Assembly (NCBI RefSeq): GCF_036321535.1
Contig: NC_087436.1
Location: forward strand, 105,898,001-105,962,000
DNA: 64,000 nucleotides
Direction of reading: 5' to 3'
Source of the DNA: Camelus dromedarius
Lineage: Eukaryota
A program made the translations under genes and the position numbers. This document shows positions 1 to 11,810 of this stretch, piece after piece. The notes below the pieces were generated by a model. That model was not told the origin of the DNA. It made no database searches and saw nothing but the letters and a program-made list of their open reading frames with translations. Each line of letters begins with the position of its first letter. The stretch's first letter is position 1.

Positions 1-441
1 AGTGGATGCTCCGTTGCCCATGACCCCGCGCCTCCCCCGGCGCGCCCAAGCACCCCACAAACACACACACTTAACTTTGATGACTGTGCAATGCAGTCCG
101 GCTGCATCGTGCCCTCGACGCTCCCCACCGCCGGCCTCTAGGTGTGCATGTCGGTGTGACTCGGGGGGCGCGAAGAAACTGGGGGTAGACGCCGGAAGGG
201 GGGGGGCGTGGAAGGACATGGGTGTTAGCGGGCCACTGGTAACCGGTAGAGACAGGCGTGTGCTCAAGGTCTAGGGGTGCAAAAGCTATTCTGGGAGCCA
301 GAGCGAGAAAGAGAGGAAAAATGCCTTTTAATTAAAGAACTGTTGTAGTCTGCTGCCCCCACCGCTTGTTTGGTGAAAGTCTACAGGCATCTGTCATCTC
401 CAAACTACACGGGGAAGTGGAGCTGGAGTCGGAGGGGAGGG

Positions 442-494
442 GTGTGCGTGTGTGTGTGCGTGTGTGCGTGTGTAAGTGTGTGTACGCGCGCGCG
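442..494. repeat. (GT)n/(GC)n alternating purine-pyrimidine tract
   Basis: gtgtgcgtgtgtgtgtgcgtgtgtgcgtgtgtaagtgtgtgtacgcgcgcgcg read directly. Confidence 0.9.
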
Positions 495-1463
495 AGTCCA
501 GGCTGGGGAAAGTTGGGGGCCGGAGGCGAGGTGAAGGAGCAATGGTGAAAGGCGGCAGCAACTCGGAGGGCGGTCTGAGGCGCGGGGGATTCCCGGCCCC
601 GGCGGAGCGAGCGCCGCGGGGGGAGCGGGCCGGCGGGCGGGGGGTGTCGAGGAAAAGAGCACCGTTCTGCCTGGCTCGCCCGGCCACCGCGGCATCTATT
701 TTCCCCAGCCCGTCCGCCCGCCTCGGCCGCTGGCGGGGCTGCTCGTCGCACTCGCCGGCTCTGGCGCGCTCCTTCCCGGGCCCAGGGCGCAACGCGCTCC
801 TGCGAGCTCCCGGCCAAAAAGCCAACCCCCAAAGCAAAACAACCAAAAAATGCGCTCCGCCTCCCCCGCATCACCCCCAGTTTCCAAGAAACTGAGATCG
901 CCGAACTAGTAGTCGCCGGGCGCAGACCTCGCGTCTCCGGCGTGGGCTCTCCAGAAAGCGCCGTGGCCATCCGAGTGAATAATACATAAGGGCCGCCCGG
1001 GAGCCTGGGAGAGGCTCCTGCCGCCGCGGTAGCAGCAGCGGGAGACGGCGGCGAGCTCCAGCCAGACCGCCGGGCCGCCGCGGCGGGTGGGGGCATCTGG
1101 GCAGCTCCCGGGAAGCGCGCCGGCCGCTCGCGGGGCGCCGAGCTCCGCGGCGGGGGGATGCGGGAGGGCGGCCCAGGCGCGTGAAGCAGGGGTTCCGGGC
1201 GAGGCAAACAGGAAAGGGGAGGCCCCGCTGTGAGCAGAAACTTGCAGGAACTGCCGAGGTGTTCGGGCGGGCTCTGGAGTTGTGGGGCTCGAGGGGTGCC
1301 CCGGCTGCCCGAGGCGCTGGAGGATTTCTCCAGGCCACTCTGCCCGATCTGGCGGGGCCCGCGTGCTCCCCGTGCCTCCCCACGCCTCCTCCGGATTGTC
1401 GAGAGCCAACGACCCCTTCGGCTGGGCAAACTCCAGCTATCCAGGAGCTGGCGTACGCCCGAC

Positions 1464-1507
1464 TGTGTGTGTATGTGTGTGTGTGCGCGCGTGTGTGCGT
1501 GTGTGTG
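1464..1507. repeat. (TG)n/(CG)n alternating purine-pyrimidine tract
   Basis: 44 bp of uninterrupted RY alternation, followed by TGAGTCA (AP-1 consensus) at 1516-1522. Confidence 0.9.
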
Positions 1508-4500
1508 ATTGTCGATGAGTCAGAAACCAACCCCATCTCGTCTTTGAGGACCGAGACGCGTAGGAAAGGCTTGAACCACTCACCCCACACAAGCCCAGCC
1601 CGGGTTCGGGATTCCTTGGCAGTGCCGCGCCCCCCAGTCCTGGAGTCAGAAGCGTTAGGATAAGTTTCTAGGCGCGTACCTCCGACCTGCACCTCGGGGC
1701 CGCGAAACTCGAGCAATTTATTTTCTTCCCAAGGAAGGTAGAAAGGAGAATTGGGTGTACGGAAGCACTCAGTGATACAGCTTTACAGCGATGGGAGATT
1801 GGCAACATCTTTAACGAGATAGGAAACAATTCGTTTGAGAGCGTTTAAAAGCGAAGGGCTACGGCCCGATTTTGCAAGACAGGCAATCACGTGCAAACTC
1901 CTTGAAAACCAAATGAGGTGGGGTGAGAGAGAGGGGTGCGGGGCAGGATAAGAGTAAAGGAAGGAGAGAACCAGAGAAGGGGTTGGGGGGCGTTTTCAAA
2001 AGAGGAAAACTATCGGTTTGTCCTGGTAAAGTTAGTTTAACTTGATTTGGAAAAGCATTTTCCCAAAAGGCGAGATCTTTGTTCTAGAAAGGGAGACTCA
2101 TGTTGCTAAGAAAATCGGAAAGAATTTCTGACGAAGCAGCTGGCGCTGCTCTGTGGAGGACGATTAGCTCCCAGGCCGGTACTGGGTGGCGTGCTACTCT
2201 CAGTGCAGTGGCATTGCACGGTGGGGAAAGGGAGATTATTTAAAATATTGATTTCTTCTTCCAGTGGTGCGGTATGAACTTTAAGATGAAGTACAGAAAC
2301 AAATGAGAGATGTACATCATTAGAGAGAGGTGCCCTCAAGTGCTACAGAGGCTTTAATCTCTGGAGGTAAATGCAGCCAGGCAGTGCGCCTTACCAGGAT
2401 TTGCGGTTTCCAAGGCGGCCCTGTCACCATTGTCAGAGATGAAGAATATATGTGTGCAAGGATCTAGGTAATTCTTAGGGATCTCCAGTTTGCATTTTCA
2501 GCATTTGAGCATGGGAAAATGACTAAGAAACCGGCTCCTAACTATTCCTTCGGAGAAAAAGGATTAAACAAAGGCAACCCTAACTCTCTCATCTTGGACT
2601 CTGGGCAGGGCTGCTAGGGGGAGGCCTGGGCCAAATTTGAAAGAGTGAAATTTATTCATAATTTTTGCCTGAATTGCTGCCAAAAAGGTCACAAAGCCTC
2701 CCCATTCCCTAAAAATAGCAATGCTCTTCAAATATAATTTGTTTACTCTACATCAATTAAAAATAAAACCCTATGCCTAGTGTTATAAAGTGCTTTTGAA
2801 GGTAAGGGTTCACTGTACTAAAAAAATAAAATCAAGCTTTTTATTTCTAGATCAATATGATATGCTCTCAACCTCTAATACCATGTAAAAGGAGCCTTTT
2901 TACAACATCAATAGCAGGCAGGCATGTCTCCCTAAGAAGCTCTTTTCCTGGAATCACAAGGCATTTTGATTACTTTCATTTTCACAAGAAACATGATTAT
3001 GACACCTCTGGTTATAAACAAGCAAGTGAAAAAAATAATGAAGATGGGGGTTCTTTATATAGAGACCTGGAAATTTGGAAACAACTGGGGCATTTATTCA
3101 TTACTAAACACAAAACCAAAACCAAAACACCCAAACACGAATCATTGCTGACTGGAAGGTTTTTAGTTATTCTGTGACATTTTATTATTAAAGCGCTGGG
3201 TTGGGGGGTGGATTAGGGTGATTTTTGTTTGTTTGGAGAGAGCCCAATGTGTATTAGAGCCGAAACGGCATCTGTTACCATTTAAAAACTGGGAAATTCC
3301 ATCTTATATCTGAAGAGACCATGTTGCAGAAATTTTGCACCCACTTGCCAACATGCAAAACATACCATAGGGAGAGTGGGGGCGGGGAGCATCTGCTTAG
3401 GTGGAATTTATTTCTTCAATTAGAATGAAAACCCCAATTAAAGTGTGTCTGTGAAATGTCTCTGGTTTGGCTCAGTGTAGCAGACAACAGACCATTCTTT
3501 AATTTACAGTTTCACGCCTAGGGATGGCAGTAGTGCAAGCTTCCAGAACCCAGTTCTATCTTTTTATGTTGTGCTTTTCAACCTGCGAGTCTCTCCCGTA
3601 GTTTAAGCTTTCCAGCTCCATCATGAAGCTGACTGCGGGGTGGTCATTCCTGCATGCCGCCTGGACCTGGGTCACCTTATTAGTTGTCCCTGTGTAAGCC
3701 CCAATCAAAGCCACCCAGGTCTGTGTGATATTGAAGCAATCAATTGAAAGTGAAAAATGGAGCCAATTAGCTGACTGCTTGGGTGTCCATGAGGCCAGAC
3801 ATCTGACTATTCATCTGATTGACCAGTTGTTTGGTTACTGGGTAGCTTAACCGGAGTTTGTGAAAAAGACATCACCACCAGACTCTGCTTTTTAACTGTT
3901 CTTTCTCTCCCCTCTACCCCTGCCACTCCCTCACATTTACCAGAACAGAAATAGAAAATGACACCTTTAGAGGGACACACGCTATCTTCTTAGAGTAGAC
4001 AGCGATTGTTTTGAATTCAGCCTTGGACCTTTGTTAGCCAGTACTTGTGATTCTTTGTACTCATGCTATCTTTTCAAGCAGGATAGATGTTTCAGTGCAG
4101 AATTAAGAATGGACTTGGGTAAGTTGTTGAATGCTTGTGCTGACTGCCTTTTTTTTTTTGGCTTGGCATTCCTTCCATCAATATGGTTGGTCAAAGCAGA
4201 AGCAGCCCACTGAGGAACACTTCTTTTCCATCAGTCCAAGTACTATAAAGAGTTCAATATTTTTTCCCCTTCTTTTCTGGGTATTTCATAATTATTAAAG
4301 TAGTAACAATGTTTGAATACAGGAAGATGAGCCAAGACTTGGGGGTGTCTTCTGTTTACAAGGTTTTTGGAAAGCCATTATTTTAAAGTTTAAAAAGTAT
4401 AAATTGGACTTTTTTTAATATTAATTCTGAAGATGTGCATATGAACTGGAAACTAGTTTTTAGGTACATTTCTATATATTTACCTTAAATAAATTTTAGA

Positions 4501-4764
4501 AATCTACCTATAAATCCAGCTCACCCAACCCCAGTTTCTCCAACTTTGGGTTTTTCTTCAGTAGATACAAAAATGAAAGAGACTTGTAGTAACTTGGATT
4601 GGTTGTGGGTCTTCCAGTAAGGCTAGCTTCCTTAAGACACTGCTTGAAAGTATTTTTCCCTTTTCTGTATAAAGTTCTGTTAGCCTGAAACCTGGGAACC
4701 AAAGTGCAGTGAGGACAGCTACAGTTTATTAACTCCGTTCCAAATTAAACATATTTAATTCAAT

Positions 4765-4930
4765 GTATTTGACTCATTTAATCTCCACAACATATGAGAG
4801 CTACTTTTATTATCATTCACATTTTATAGATGAAGCAAATAAGGCACAGAGAGTTAAGACTTCAGTGCTCGTTAGGTGAAAAACCAGGATAGCCTCCAGC
4901 AGTCTGGTTTCAGAGCTCAGAGTCCCAGCT
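4765..4930 (-). mobile_element. MIR SINE fragment
   Basis: attttatagatgaagcaaataaggcacagagag matches the reverse complement of the MIR core. Confidence 0.8.
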
Positions 4931-5101
4931 GACTCTTGCTCTCCACACTGGACCTACTCTCCAGTACAACGTAAAGACGTCGTGTGGCCACATGTACATT
5001 TGTAGCAAGTTCATTATGCTGTCATTCATTTGCCAGCTCCATGAAATAGTGGACCTCTCCTTCACTTGTTGAAGTTTGCTCATGTTTTTCTGGCTATTTA
5101 T

Positions 5102-5146
5102 TTATTTATTTAACTTTTTTTTTTTTTTTTTAAATTGAATATAGTG
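5102..5146 (-). mobile_element. Extremely 5'-truncated L1 3' terminus/poly(A) insertion with 16-bp TSD
   Basis: ttttctggctatttat at 5086-5101 and 5147-5162. The insert on - reads cactatattcaattt-A-run, similar to L1 ends elsewhere in the window (ctatacttcaata). Confidence 0.75.
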
Positions 5147-8100
5147 TTTTCTGGCTATTTATATAACCAGACACAATTCTCCTTGGGAACGGGGTGATAT
5201 CTTCTGTTTTGGTGAAATCAATCATAACTACCTGATGCTTTACTTATTTTTTTTCTTGGTGATGGACTAAATTTGATTTCACCATTCTTTTTGGTTGGAA
5301 TGCTTGATCCAGTTTGAGAGAGAGACAAAGTCTTCCGATTGCCAGCTCCCAACATCAGAATCATGATTTAGTGGAGGGCTCGTTCCAAATGTACGTGAGC
5401 ATCAGTAAAATAACACTTTACAGAAGAAATGTAATTTTAAGATACATGAATGGAATAATTTTAAAAATAATCATTCAGATGCACCAAAACCCTAACTTAC
5501 GTATATATTTATGTAGAACATATATGTATATGAATATATATGTTTTTAGAGGCATAACTCACTCTTTTATAAGCAAACTCGTGTCATTTTGGGTTTGTGC
5601 TGTGTTGGTTTTGTTTGTGACTCAGACTGAGATTTACCTTTCTCATCATGACCACGTTATAACAGGTGTCTTCTGTTCCGAATCACGCACCTAACATTTA
5701 TGTCCATCATGAACTCAGCCTTTTAGTGGTTCATCCCTTGTGTTATGATCTTCTAAAGTATAGTTGTGGGAAGGGGAGGGGAAACATTAAATGTCAGTAG
5801 TTACAGCAAGACAGTCTCTACGAAGAGGGCAAAGAGTGTCTCTCTGGTTTCACGTTCCTGTGGCCCTGGCGGAGATGTAAAAGTGCAGAGTCTGCATTGG
5901 AATGAGAATGGGGTCACCTCCCCTTTGTAGTCATCATCAAGGAAGCAGAACTTCCTTCCAGAGAGACCATAGGAAATCAATGATCACACTCTGCTGGTGG
6001 AGAGGTGAATGTGGACAGCAGACGGCATAAAATAAAAGGGCAGCAGAAAAGTGATTTACTCTAGATGGCCGAGTGACTTTTTGGTTCCTTCAGAGAATTC
6101 ACATTTTTGATCTAATAATTATATTGGAATATTTCTTTCTTTTGGGTTATACATTTTTTAAAAAGAGGAACGGAGAAAATGCCATTAGGTGATGTTACCA
6201 TTTTTTCACTTGAAGATAGTTATTTTAAGGAAAGCAGAGTGTCTATGATATGGAACCAGACGCCCCCTCCCCCTATTTTTTGGTTCATAAGAATAGACCT
6301 GATGTACTAAAGTTGCCAGCTTTCTGTTTGTTTGTTTATTCCATGTATTCCCTGTTACAGAGGGGACGCTTGCCACAGGGAAGGCTCACCTTGACGAGGA
6401 AGTGCCGGGGGATGCCTATATGGGAGAGGCAGGGGGAAGGGGATGATCCCTGCCCTAAAGGGAGATGTGGGCGTAGAGGCTTCATGAAATGTGGGAAATC
6501 AGGTGTGTGGTTCTAATATGCGGCCCCCCTTCGGTGTGCACGTCTGCTGGCTTTGTGAGCACATCTTCCTGTAGATTTGAAATATCGAACTGCAGGTAAT
6601 AGCTATGGGGCAGGGAATGTCTGGCTTATATGTGGGAGAAGACAGAACATCCATGTAATCTCTTGCCTAAAAGTGTATTAGAAACTGTGTTAGTTGTGCA
6701 ACAACGAAACAAAACAAGCAAGAAAAGCACAAAGAGAAAGAAAGAAAACTCAAACCAACAACCTCTGCCACATTTTGCTCCAGTTTATTATTTCCAGTAG
6801 CAGGCCAGTCCCTAAAGTTAACAATGAATGATTATGATTCTGTAGTTTCGTTTACAGCATAAATTAGCATTTTGTTTTCTGTTACAGCTTTTGAATGAGG
6901 AATTATAATGTATAATTTGCTGAAAATAGATGTTATCATCTCTTAGGATGAGAACAACCACATAAACTTGAACAAATGATAAAAATGGAATCAATTACAT
7001 TTCAAATGGAAGTAGTTTACAAACCTCCAAATACAAAGTGGCAGTAGTAGCTGGTTATTGTAACAAATAATTAGTTTTTTTAAACAACATTTATTGAATT
7101 CCATTGACGATTTGGTAATTGTTCACAGTTGACTGTAGCCCTCCCTCTTCCAAAATGAAATGTGGCGTGGAATGACTGCATTTTATAAACTGCAGTTTGC
7201 CTCATTATTTAGTGCTGCAGCCAGAATGTATATTTATTTGCAGATGTAACCCTTTCTGAGGAATAAGAAAGCATCGAATTGACTAAAAGAATGCCACCAA
7301 GCCTAGTCGGTGGCTTGAGATAAACACCCAAGGGCTCATGAGTGAGAGAGTGTTTTCAGGCACCAAAGAAAGAAGACAAGCATATAGTCAAAATGGGTGT
7401 GTGTGAGTGTGTGCTGAAGGGGGGAAACATTTAAAATGATTTCTCAAATAGATGGATCGTATTTGTATATCAGCAAGAGTTAATTTCCCTGTCCCACTCC
7501 CATCACTTCCTGCCCATAACCCTTTCCATCCTATGCCATCGCTGTTGAAGGGGACGTCTCACCTCCCATATCTCTTAGGAAGCTCCCTGGGGAAGGAACC
7601 TTGCCTTCTTCTGGACCCCTCGTCCTGCCTGGCCTGTAATAGACAAAACAGATGTGTTGGAAGATGGTTGAAATTTCAGCAAGCAACTTTCATACCTTTA
7701 TATGTGTCCCTTTACTTACTGCTCTTTACTCCATGTCTTAGAATGACGAGGACCATTCTGCAGTGTCACTTTTGAATATGGGAATTTGACCTGGAAAGTA
7801 ATGAATCCAGCCTTCATTTAAGGCTGCAGAGTGTATGCCCAGCTGGGGAATCATGTTCTTCCCCAGGGGAGAACATGACTGGTTTCCCATAGGCTCCCTA
7901 GCTCCCTTAATTTTTAAAATGAAAAGTTATGAGGTATATACTTAATAAAGTCAGAGAGGAGAAAGAAAGAAAAGTGGGAATCTGAGGGGTTTTAATTTTA
8001 ATTCTTTATTTTTTGGTAACTGCTACATGCTGAGTGAATCATTCATTTTTGATTATTTCTAAAAGATTAATCTATTTCTTTAAAGTTAATATGCAAAGAA

Positions 8101-8609
8101 ATATGTTCAACATCACTTTATTTTTAGATCCCACGACTGAGTCTGAAACAAATCAGTGGTGCATTATAAACACACAAGAATGTATCTAATGACAGGAGTC
8201 AGGCTGAACAGATGCTAAAAAAGACGCTTCAAGTGAAGTCGAGGGAGCTGCAGGAGGGAGTGGGAAAAAAAAAATCTCTGGAAGTTGGAGGGCTTGCGAG
8301 GTGAACACTGTGGAGACTTATCACCATCAAGTATGTGCTTGTGCAGTTCCAAGCAGAAAAGGCTCCATGTGCTTCTGCATGAAAGGAGGAATGATGATAC
8401 CCAACCCTAGGATGTTTATTAAGACAAAGTGAGACCTTGGACCTGGCAAGGCCTTTGTTATTGAGTAATGAAGAGCTTGAGTCAGTGTTAGGTCCTATTG
8501 GCCAGTCCTCAAATATTTACAGAGTCCCTACTGATGTGGCAGCCCAGCCACGTACCTGGTGCATGGTAGTAGACTCTCAGTACATTAGACTGACTCGATA
8601 ATAATAGAA

Positions 8610-8865
8610 TCCTTGCATTTAACACTTCCTATAACCTTCCAGAAATCCTTTAAAGTGCTTTACAGAGATTAACTCATTTTGTCATCAAAATAATCCTGGA
8701 AGTAGGTACTATTATCAGTATTGCTTATTACCTATTACAGACGCGGGAGCTGAGGCACAGAGAGGTGAAGTGACTCAACCAAGATTACACAGCCAATAAG
8801 TGATCCAGTCAGGATTTGTACCTATCATGTTTGGCTTCTGAGCCCACGTTTTATCCACCATGCTG
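8610..8865 (-). mobile_element. MIR SINE
   Basis: gctgaggcacagagaggtgaagtgact...aagattacacagc matches the reverse MIR core. Confidence 0.85.
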
Positions 8866-8879
8866 GGTTGCCTTCAGGT

Positions 8880-9340
8880 GGATGAACCCATGGATGATAG
8901 AGGAAAATCAAAGATGAATAAAACTTGCTGCCTTCAGCATGGGGGTGGGTTTCTAGTGGTGCCTCATCTCTATGCAGAGAAGGTTAGAAAATGGGTAGTG
9001 CTTTAAGAAAGGAGCACATAACAGTGCTGCGGTCATTTGGATGATGGGAGTTTCCTGTTGGCTGGAAGAATCGCAGGACTTTAAGGAGGCAGTGACATTT
9101 GGTTTAGGCTTTGAAAAATGGGGAGAATTTGGGCTGGTGAGAATGAGGGTGGGAATGAGGCAGAGGGGACAGTCCAGGCAGAAAGAAAGCACAGGAGAAA
9201 TTTGTTACGGAGTAGTTGTTAAGGGTTGTTCCTTTTTTTGATTCTTGTTGATTTTTTTCATTCAGTCGATTTTATTGAGCATGTACAATTTATTGTGCTT
9301 GTCCCTGCCCTCAAGGAGCTTTAATTTAGTAGGAGGGAGA
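8880..9340 (-). mobile_element. L2 LINE fragments
   Basis: ttcattcagtcgattttattgagc...ccctgccctcaaggagct is typical of a reverse L2 3' end. Confidence 0.6.
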
Positions 9341-11479
9341 AAGATCACATGACATTTATGAGACACACACACACACATATATATATAATATTTAAATCCT
9401 TTTGTCTCTATATACATATGTATACACATATCAATCTATCATCTGTTCATCCCTATCTGTGCATTTGTCCATCCATCCATCCATTTATCAGTTCTCTCCT
9501 TTAAACTGTGTGAAGTATCAAGAAAGAAAAATAATGTTACATAGAGAATAGAAGGGGTGAGGTGATGGGGTCATTAGTCCAACTTTGGAAATTTACAAGT
9601 AAGGCCTTCCAAGGGTGAATTTGCGGTCATCCCCCCAGCAGTCCCAATGCTTTCTATTCTATTCTGTCATAAGCAAGCAAGAAAGCTTTCAAACCTAGTT
9701 GAAAGTTAAGGTCTTGGCATCATTTAAAAATCTGCTCTGTTGACAACGTCAAGAGAACGGTTTAATTTTACAGTAAATCAAACGTAAAGTTTTATTTTGG
9801 ATCTTATTGCATTTTAATAGACTGCTGAATGTTTTCTGGATTAAAATTAGTCATCCAAGCTAGAAAGTCAAGTAGCATCTGAAGTTAAGGACACACTCTG
9901 CGGCCCATGCAGTAGTGCTAACGAAATCCTTTACTTCCTTTTTGTGATGTCAAACTAACAGGGTTACAGAGCATCGTGAAAAGAGCCAAAATAAAAGTTG
10001 TAAAAGGGAATAGAATCATCTTTACAATGTTTGTCAAAGGCTTGTTATTTTAGGAAGTAGGACTCCATTGCTAATTGATTTTTTGACTCTGCTAGTAACA
10101 GATGCATGAGAAATAATTTTAAAGTTATTTCCCCCAATTTAACTGGTCTTAAAGAGCAAATTTCTAAACAAACAAACAAACAAACCCAATGCATTGATTC
10201 CTGTTTATGTGTATTAAAATAAATATTGGTTCATTTCCCCGGAAGTTTGGCCATATTCCTTCTTTTACTGTAGTAGTAAAATCGAGTATGATGATGTTTG
10301 GGGGAGTGTTTATAAACTGTAAAGCGTTCTCTTAGTCAGGATCATTATAGTGGAAGGAGAGCTTGCTTTCTGAAACCTTTTTTATTACAGTGGCATTGAG
10401 TACAGACCCAGAAATAAAATAAATGTTAAATAAATATGCATTATACTCATTTAGGTAGTTATTTTTAAAATGCTTGTTTACAATGATATCAGACATTTGC
10501 ATTGCGGGGCCTCACTCCAGGAGCAATGACTAAATCTGTATTAAACGTCTTTGCTTCCTCTCTAACTGGTTCTGTCAAGTGACCTCTCACAGCACCTCAA
10601 AAAAGCATAGACTGACGTCATTTTAGGCTAATGAGTCTTCCCCAAGCATTACTTAGTTGTTGAAATAAAGTGATTAGAGAATGTTCTGTAATATGAGAGC
10701 CTTTGAAAATATTTGAATATCCCTCTTTTCGGGAGAATTTTGGGAAAATGCCCAATCTTATATTTAGGCAGAAAAGGTATTTTAAAAGTCTTCATAAATA
10801 GTCAGCATTGCGTGAATGCTTGCTGTTATTAATTCTCTTGTATCTGTTGTACTTAAATAGTTGCAGATTTTTCTTATTTGATTTATAAATGCCTCACTTT
10901 TTTTAAAAATATTATTTACATGAACCACACATTAAATACAGTGCAGGGCTTGAAATAGATGCTGAAATCTTTATTAATCATTTGGATAGAAGAATAACCT
11001 TTGACTCCTTCTGGGAATTTACAGATATCAGCCCCAGTTTCAAAAAGGATCAGAACATAGAGGCAGGAACATTCCTTTAAGCACCAACCCAAAAGGACTT
11101 TTGCTAAAAAAGGAGTTTCCTCTTCAAAATTAGGACAAACAATTCTTTTGTTCTGCCTTTTAAAATATAAGGAATACTTTCTTTCTGGATGTTTTACTAC
11201 TTAATTAAAAAATATAGTTAAACTTGACTTTCTAAGGTGCTGTTTTTGGATGTTTCATGCCAGGAAACTGACAGAAGCACACTATTAATTTTTCTTATTG
11301 CAGATGTGATACGTTTTAGCTTTGGAGATTCTTCTTAGAAAGGTTTGGAAAAAAAGGAAAATCAAAACCATACATAATGCAAACACCTAAAGATATTCCC
11401 AGACACTGTTTTAATGCACCTCCTTCCTGTCTTTATTCTAGGCCTATGTACTATTTCATTTTTAAATCGGTATCACATG

Positions 11480-11810
11480 TAAGTAATTTTACAACCTGAT
11501 TTTAGCTCCATGAATCATAACTAACTTGCCATGTCATGATTCATATGCCTCTATATCCCTTTTAATGTCTCTGTAGTATTCCATTGTGTGATTATAGGAC
11601 CATTTATTTAACCATCCTCCTAAACATTGGGTATTTAGGTCGTCGCCAGTTATGACTAAACCTGGGGCATATCTGTGATTATTTCTCCAGGATAATACCC
11701 AGTAGGAGAACTTCTGGGGTAAAGGGCATAAAAATGTTTAAGACTTTTGTGTTAACTGTCTCTCAGAAGAGATGCACCAGCTTATCCTGCCAGGAACTAC
11801 ATGTCAGAGT
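11480..11810 (-). mobile_element. Old L1 (L1ME-like) fragment
   Basis: tattccattgtgtg...ccatttatttaaccatcc...ttgggtatttaggt resembles reverse old L1 sequence. Confidence 0.6.

Larger units (their letters stand above)
1..1720. promoter_or_regulatory. CpG island / probable promoter and non-coding first exon region of an unidentified gene
   Basis: Very high GC and dense CpG with GGGCGG boxes, contrasting with the CpG-depleted remainder. Possible + strand donor GTAAGT at 472-477. No recognisable coding exon. Confidence 0.9.

Noticed and set aside
332..1716. Long ORFs (365, 281, 167 and 160 aa) in the CpG island
   Set aside because: They are overlapping Pro/Arg/Ala/Gly-rich frames on both strands with HTHT/VCVC runs translated from microsatellites. 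This is expected from stop-codon scarcity in GC-rich DNA, and no domain is recognisable.
11289..11348. Acceptor ttttcttattgcag followed by AAG|GTTTGG (possible 39-nt exon)
   Set aside because: The donor is weak, the exon starts ATG-TGA, and such pseudo-exons are common in long introns.
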